A stretch of DNA of 64,000 nucleotides from Felis catus. Taxonomy: Eukaryota. The notes under the pieces were generated by a model. That model saw only the letters and a program-made list of their open reading frames with translations. It did no database searches and had not been told where the DNA came from. Of this stretch, positions 59,301 to 64,000 are shown in pieces (position 1 is the stretch's first letter; every line of letters starts with the position of its first letter). The translations under genes were made by a program, and so were the position numbers. The DNA lies in the NCBI RefSeq assembly GCF_018350175.1, contig NC_058383.1, positions 7,626,001 through 7,690,000 of the forward strand, given 5' to 3'.

Positions 59301-62194
59301 GATTATTAAAGATATCTTCTAAGCTTTCCATATGTCATTTAGAAAAGTCCCTGTTCCCCAGTCCTGCTGCTAAGGGAGCTGCTATGGGAGCTGCTAAGTA
59401 CCCGGCTCTCTGAGAACTATAGTTTGCCCAAGCTCTGACAACTCTTCTTTGTGCCATCCTGACCCCTTGAGCCTTCCATCTCCTTCCCTTCTCCAGACAC
59501 GAAGGGCCTGTATTTCCAGGCATTTGGAGGCCGCCGCCGCTGTCTCAGCAAGAGTGTAGCCCCCCTGCTAGCCCATGGCTACCGCCGCTTCTTGCCCACC
59601 AAGGACCATGTCTTCATTCTTGACTACACGGGGACCCTCTTCTTCCTCAAAAATGCCCTGGTCTCCTCTACCCTTGGCCAGATCCAGTGGAAGCGAGCCT
59701 GCCGCTATGTTGTATTGTGTCGCGGAGCCAAGGATGTGAGTAGCAGAGCCCTAGGAGCTGAGACCCCACCCCTCCTCCGGGGCTTCTCCGGGACCCACAC
59801 CAGTCCGGAGGTACTCTCCTCAGGACGTCTGCCCTCCCATATCAGGAACTGAAAACTAAACCCTCTTTTCCCAGCCCTGAACCCAAGTATCTCATTTCTC
59901 ACCCCAGGATCCTGTCACCCCCAAGCCTCATTCCACTCTAAGACCTAGATCCCAGACAGCTTCATCTTTTCCTATAGTTTGCCTCGGACCCAAGATGTGA
60001 CACCGTTTACCGTAAATACCTCTATGTATTGGCCACCCGGGAGCAGCCAGCAGTGGTAGGCACAACGGGCAGCCGGGCCTGTGACTGTGTCGAGGTCTAT
60101 CTGCAGTCCAGTGGGCAGCGGGTCTTCAAGATGACCTTCCACCACTCCATGAGCTTCAAACAGATTGTGCTGGTTGGTCAGGAGAACCAGCGGGCTCTAC
60201 TGCTTCTCACAGGTGTGGCCTAGAGCAGTGGTTTGCAAATTGTTTTCTACACATGGTTCAGGACCTGCTGCAGGGGAGGGGAAGGCCTTTCTGCATGCCA
60301 CCTCATCCTGGTCTCAAACCAAATAGCTTTGCTTTTTGTCTGTCTCATAGACTAAGATTCTGCTTTTTTTTTTTTTTAAACAACTTAAAAAAAACTTTTT
60401 TTAAGTTTATTTATCACCTGTGCACAAGCAGGGGAGGGGCAGAGAGAGAAGGAGAGAGAGAATCCCAAGCAGGCTCAGCACCATCAGTGCAGAGCCTGAT
60501 GCAGGACTTGAACTCAAAAACTGTGAGATCATGACCTGAGCTGAGATCAAGAGTGGGATGGTTAACCAACTGCATCACCCATGCGCCCCAGATTCTGTGT
60601 ATTTCATATGAATAAAGGGCCCTGCTGCAAAAAAATAGTTTGGAAACCACTGTTCTAGTGAAAGCCTGATTTTCGAAATTCTAATCTTCCTCACTTCCTG
60701 CTAGGCACTTCACTTAATACCCCACACTTACCCCCACCTTGCTGATTGTCACATACATGTATACATTTTTTTAATTTTTATTTTTATTTACTTAAGTAAT
60801 CTCTCCACCCAGTGTGGTGCTCAAACTCACAACCCTGAGATCAAGAGTCATGCGCTGTTCTGACTGAAGCAGACTGGTGTCCCTGTCCCCTATATTTGAC
60901 CCTACTCCCAAGCCTCAGACCCTCTGGACTTCTTAATTCCAGGCAGAGCCCCAAGTCCCCAGGCATCGTTCCTCCCACCACTCAAACTGGATTCTGGCAG
61001 ATCTAACTGCTGGTTTTCTCTCCACTCATCATTCACACTGAAGGGTTTCCCTGATTCATTTTTGGTGGTACAGGGCTAGAGTCTGGGCAACTTGAGGTCA
61101 CGCTTCCTGTATTTCACCTCTACCCTTTTTCTTCCAACCCCACTCTAGGCCAATAAGTGTTTAATCGCTATGGCTTAGAGAGTCTATTGGGAAGTTAATG
61201 TGGATATTGGGAGGTCCCCTCCCCCACATCATTGTCTGCCTCTCCCCATCTCCCAGAGGAAGGAAAGATCTACTCTTTGGTAGTGAATGAAACCCAGCTG
61301 GACCAGCCACGCTCCTACACAGTTCAGCTGGCCCTGAGGAAGGTGTCCCGTTGCCTGCCTCACCTTCGTGTGACCCGCATGGCTTCTAACCAGAGCAGTA
61401 CTCTCTACATCACAGGTAAGAACCACCTTCCTTCTTCTCCACACCCTCGTCTTAAACAGACTTTCCAGATATGGACAGCCCCTTATACTTACTCTAGCAG
61501 TGGACCCCTTCAGGCATCCTAGTGAAAAGATGAGGTTAGGTTCCCAGATATCATAGCTGGTACATTTCTAGTGGGTGTGAGACTCCCTGGATCTTGTAGC
61601 TTTCATCCTAGGTAGGGNNNNNNNNNNNNNNNNNNNNNNNNNNNNNNNNNNNNNNNNNNNNNNNNNNNNNNNNNNNNNNNNNNNNNNNNNNNNNNNNNNN
61701 NNNNNNNNNNNNNNNNNNNNNNNNNNNNNNNNNNNNNNNNNNNNNNNNNNNNNNNNNNNNNNNNNNNNNNNNNNNNNNNNNNNNNNNNNNNNNNNNNGGT
61801 AGGATCCTGGAGGGATGGGACGGACCAAGGGGTGGACAGAGGGGGATTTAGGGATTAAAAGGCACCAGAGGTCTGAAATATGAGCAGGAATCAAATGATT
61901 GATCAGGGAGGGACAGGGGCCCAGAGAGAGAGGGGCGAGGTAGCGGGCAAGGCCAAAAGAAATCAGCTGGGAATGGCAGGTTAGTGGCTGGGAGATTCTG
62001 GAGCTCAGAGTTCCTCTGGAGGGAACTGAATGCCTGCCTTCTCTTTCTGTCTTACTTCCTAGATACTATTTTGTGCTCTTGGCTACAATCACCTTGGCGT
62101 GGTGGATGAATTTGGCCGAATCTTTATGCAGGGAAATAACAGATATGGGCAGCTGGGAACAGGGGACAAAATGGACCGAGGGGAACCCACACAG
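55837..62194 (+). CDS. FBXO24: F-box protein 24 (F-box + RCC1-like repeats), 5' partial; continues beyond the window
   Basis: Visible exons: 55837..55875 (MGEKAVPSPSRRR), 58081..58179, 58284..58467 (F-box LFPPELVEHIISFL), 59497..59735, 59978..60212, 61257..61415, and 62063..62194 (ILFCALGYNHLG..GNNRYGQLGTGD, RCC1-like). A phase mismatch between 61415 and 62063 implies one unseen exon, probably in the N gap. Confidence 0.93.
57749..57820 (+). CDS. FBXO24: Candidate alternative first coding exon of FBXO24 (MVRRSRRRRLQKFTGLCRQEEGLR)
   Basis: ATG at 57749 runs to the donor ctcagg|gtgagg at 57820, phase 0, in frame with exon 58081. An upstream ATG at 57648 (MVWERQQERG) stops at 57687-57689. Confidence 0.4.
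58791..58985. mobile_element. MER20-like hAT-Charlie MITE
   Basis: caggatttctcaacct..ggggccaaataattattt..ccctggcctccacccactagatgccag..gttgagaaac. Confidence 0.8.
60226..60652. mobile_element. hAT-type MITE with a nested antisense SINE (60363-60590)
   Basis: TIRs cagtggtttgcaaa and tttggaaaccactg, flanked by ctag-containing target sites. Confidence 0.6.
61618..61797. other. Assembly gap (180 N) in FBXO24
   Basis: Run of N. Confidence 1.
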
Positions 62195-63364
62195 GTGAGA
62201 TTCACTTTCAGTTATTCTCATCGTGGCCCCCTTCCTCCAATCCTCTACACCTTAGACCTCTCCTCTTCTCTACTTTCTTTAGAACCCACTTCTTACTCCC
62301 TAGGGAAGTTAAGCCAGCCAGTATACAATGCCCGTGATACTGTTGCGTGTCTTTCCCAGGGTTGGCACTGTGAGGTCCATTCTGTGTGGTGCTTGCTGCC
62401 AGTGCAATAGGAATTTAGTGAAGCAGGGAGACCTCGGTGGGCTGGTATAACTAGAAGAGGTGAGATGCGATCACGGTCTGGTGGGTTAGATCAGATTCGT
62501 GTGGGTACAGGGAAAGGCATTCCATGTAACAGGGATGAGAACGAAGCTGCACATACCTGGGACCATGAAAGGACTGGTCTGAAGCAGAGAGGATGTTTTG
62601 GAGATCAGTAGATATGAGGTGATACAGGCAGGGGTGAGCCTGAAAAGGTTTAGATTTTGGAAAGTCACTCCAGGTTCTGGAGCAAGAGAAGGCCCCCCTG
62701 CCACACACACACACACAGATGACTGAGAACAGGTCACCTGGCCAGAGTGCACAGGAGGCCACTGAATGAGAAGCCCACTGGGAGACCATTGAGTGACAGT
62801 GGCACTTGGGACAAGAGCCTGGGGCAGTGGGAATGGAAAGGAATGGATACCTGAGATGTTTTGAAAGAAAATGAATAGGTACTGGAAACTGATTAGATGT
62901 GAGGAGATGGGTGTGGGACACAAGTGGCTGTCGCAGTAGACCCCTTAAAGAGAGATGGCATCACTAACAAATGTGGAAAGGGATGCTGGCTTGAGGAAAG
63001 AGGAAGAGCGTGAATTTGGACATTTTCTAAAGTGGAAATGTCTCTCTGGCATTAGATTCCATGTTGGAACAAGGCTGAAACAGACAGAAGCAGGGACAGA
63101 GGCACAAACCTGGGCAGGAGCTGATGCTGTAGGCAAAGGGAATGAAGAAGCTATCTCTGAGGCAGGAGGCACACCTTCAGGTGCCAAGTCCCAGAAGCCA
63201 GGGACACAGGGAGTGTCAAACAGAGGAGGTGATTAATGGTAACAGATAACATAGGAATATACCTGCCAACATGGAAATATGGTCAGGTCATATCTTTAGC
63301 TGAAAAACAAATTATAAAATTATTTACATAGTACAACCCCATTTTTATTTAAAAGTCTGTAATT

Positions 63365-63369
<5 letters not shown>

Positions 63370-63410
<41 letters not shown>
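63370..63410. repeat. (CA)n microsatellite
   Basis: Read directly. Confidence 0.95.
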
Positions 63411-63413
<3 letters not shown>

Positions 63414-63436
63414 GCAGCAGTGAAGAAAAATATCCA

Positions 63437-64000
63437 GGGATGCCTGATTGGCTCACATGGTTAAGCGGCTGACTCTCTTTTTTATTTTTAATGTTAATTT
63501 ATGTTGAGGGGGGGAAGAGCAGAGAGAGAGGGAGAGAATCCCAAGCAGACTCCACAGGAATCTACTTTTTTTTTTTAAATGTTTTTTTTAACATTTATTC
63601 ATTTTTGAGACTGAGAGAGACAGAGCATGAACGGGGAGGGTCAGAGAGAGGGAGACACAGAATCCAAAACAGGCTCCAGGCTCCGAGCTGTCAGCACAGA
63701 GCCCGACGCGGGGCTCGAACTCACAGACCGCGAGCTCATGACCTGAGCTGAAGTCGGCCGCCTAACCGACTGAGCCACCCAGGTGCCCCCACAGGAATCT
63801 ACTTAAATAAAAAATAAAATGAAGAAAGAAAAAATATCTAGCAAGATTTTTTTAAGTTTATTTTTTCAGAGAGAGAGAGAGAAGGTGCACAAGCAGGGGA
63901 GGGGCAGAGAGAAAGGGGGACAGAGGATCTGAAGGGGCTCCGTGCTGATGTGCTGACAGCAGGGTGCTCGATGTGGGGCTCGAACTCAGGATCATGACCT
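63437..64000. mobile_element. Cluster of CAN-SINEs in FBXO24 intron 8
   Basis: Fragments at 63437-63560, a full antisense copy at 63566-63790 (TSD cacaggaatctactt), and an antisense copy from 63846 to the window end. Confidence 0.85.

Noticed and set aside
61879-61900. gatcagggaggg (DQGG), resembling the start of the missing FBXO24 exon
   Set aside because: There is no splice acceptor before it and the following codons do not continue the expected peptide.

Overview
Mammalian genomic DNA from a carnivore, most likely a felid: it has many CAN-SINE/SINEC_Fc-type elements. The gene order matches human 7q22.1 as I recall it. Bases 1-12.8 kb are gene-free and repeat-rich (ERV-L gag/pol remnant, MLT1 LTRs, L1, L2, MER3, many SINEs). 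Five genes follow, with exons reconstructed by hand from splice sites and reading phase: AGFG2 (+, 12 exons, 479 aa, plus a 33-nt cassette microexon); an intact IRS3 (+, 2 coding exons, about 522 aa; a pseudogene in human); SAP25 (-, 6 exons, about 289 aa); LRCH4 (-, 18 exons, 694 aa, plus an alternative TM-less last exon and a (CAG)10 tract); and the 5' part of FBXO24 (+), head-to-head with LRCH4, with one exon apparently hidden in a 180-N gap. I see no convincing wholly new biological system. The best leads are the intact IRS3, the AGFG2 microexon, the alternative LRCH4 C-termini and possible LRCH4-SAP25 read-through, and a triple octamer/E-box/GC-box cluster in LRCH4 intron 1. Gene names and cross-species comparisons come from remembered protein sequences, not database searches. 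Repeat boundaries are approximate.
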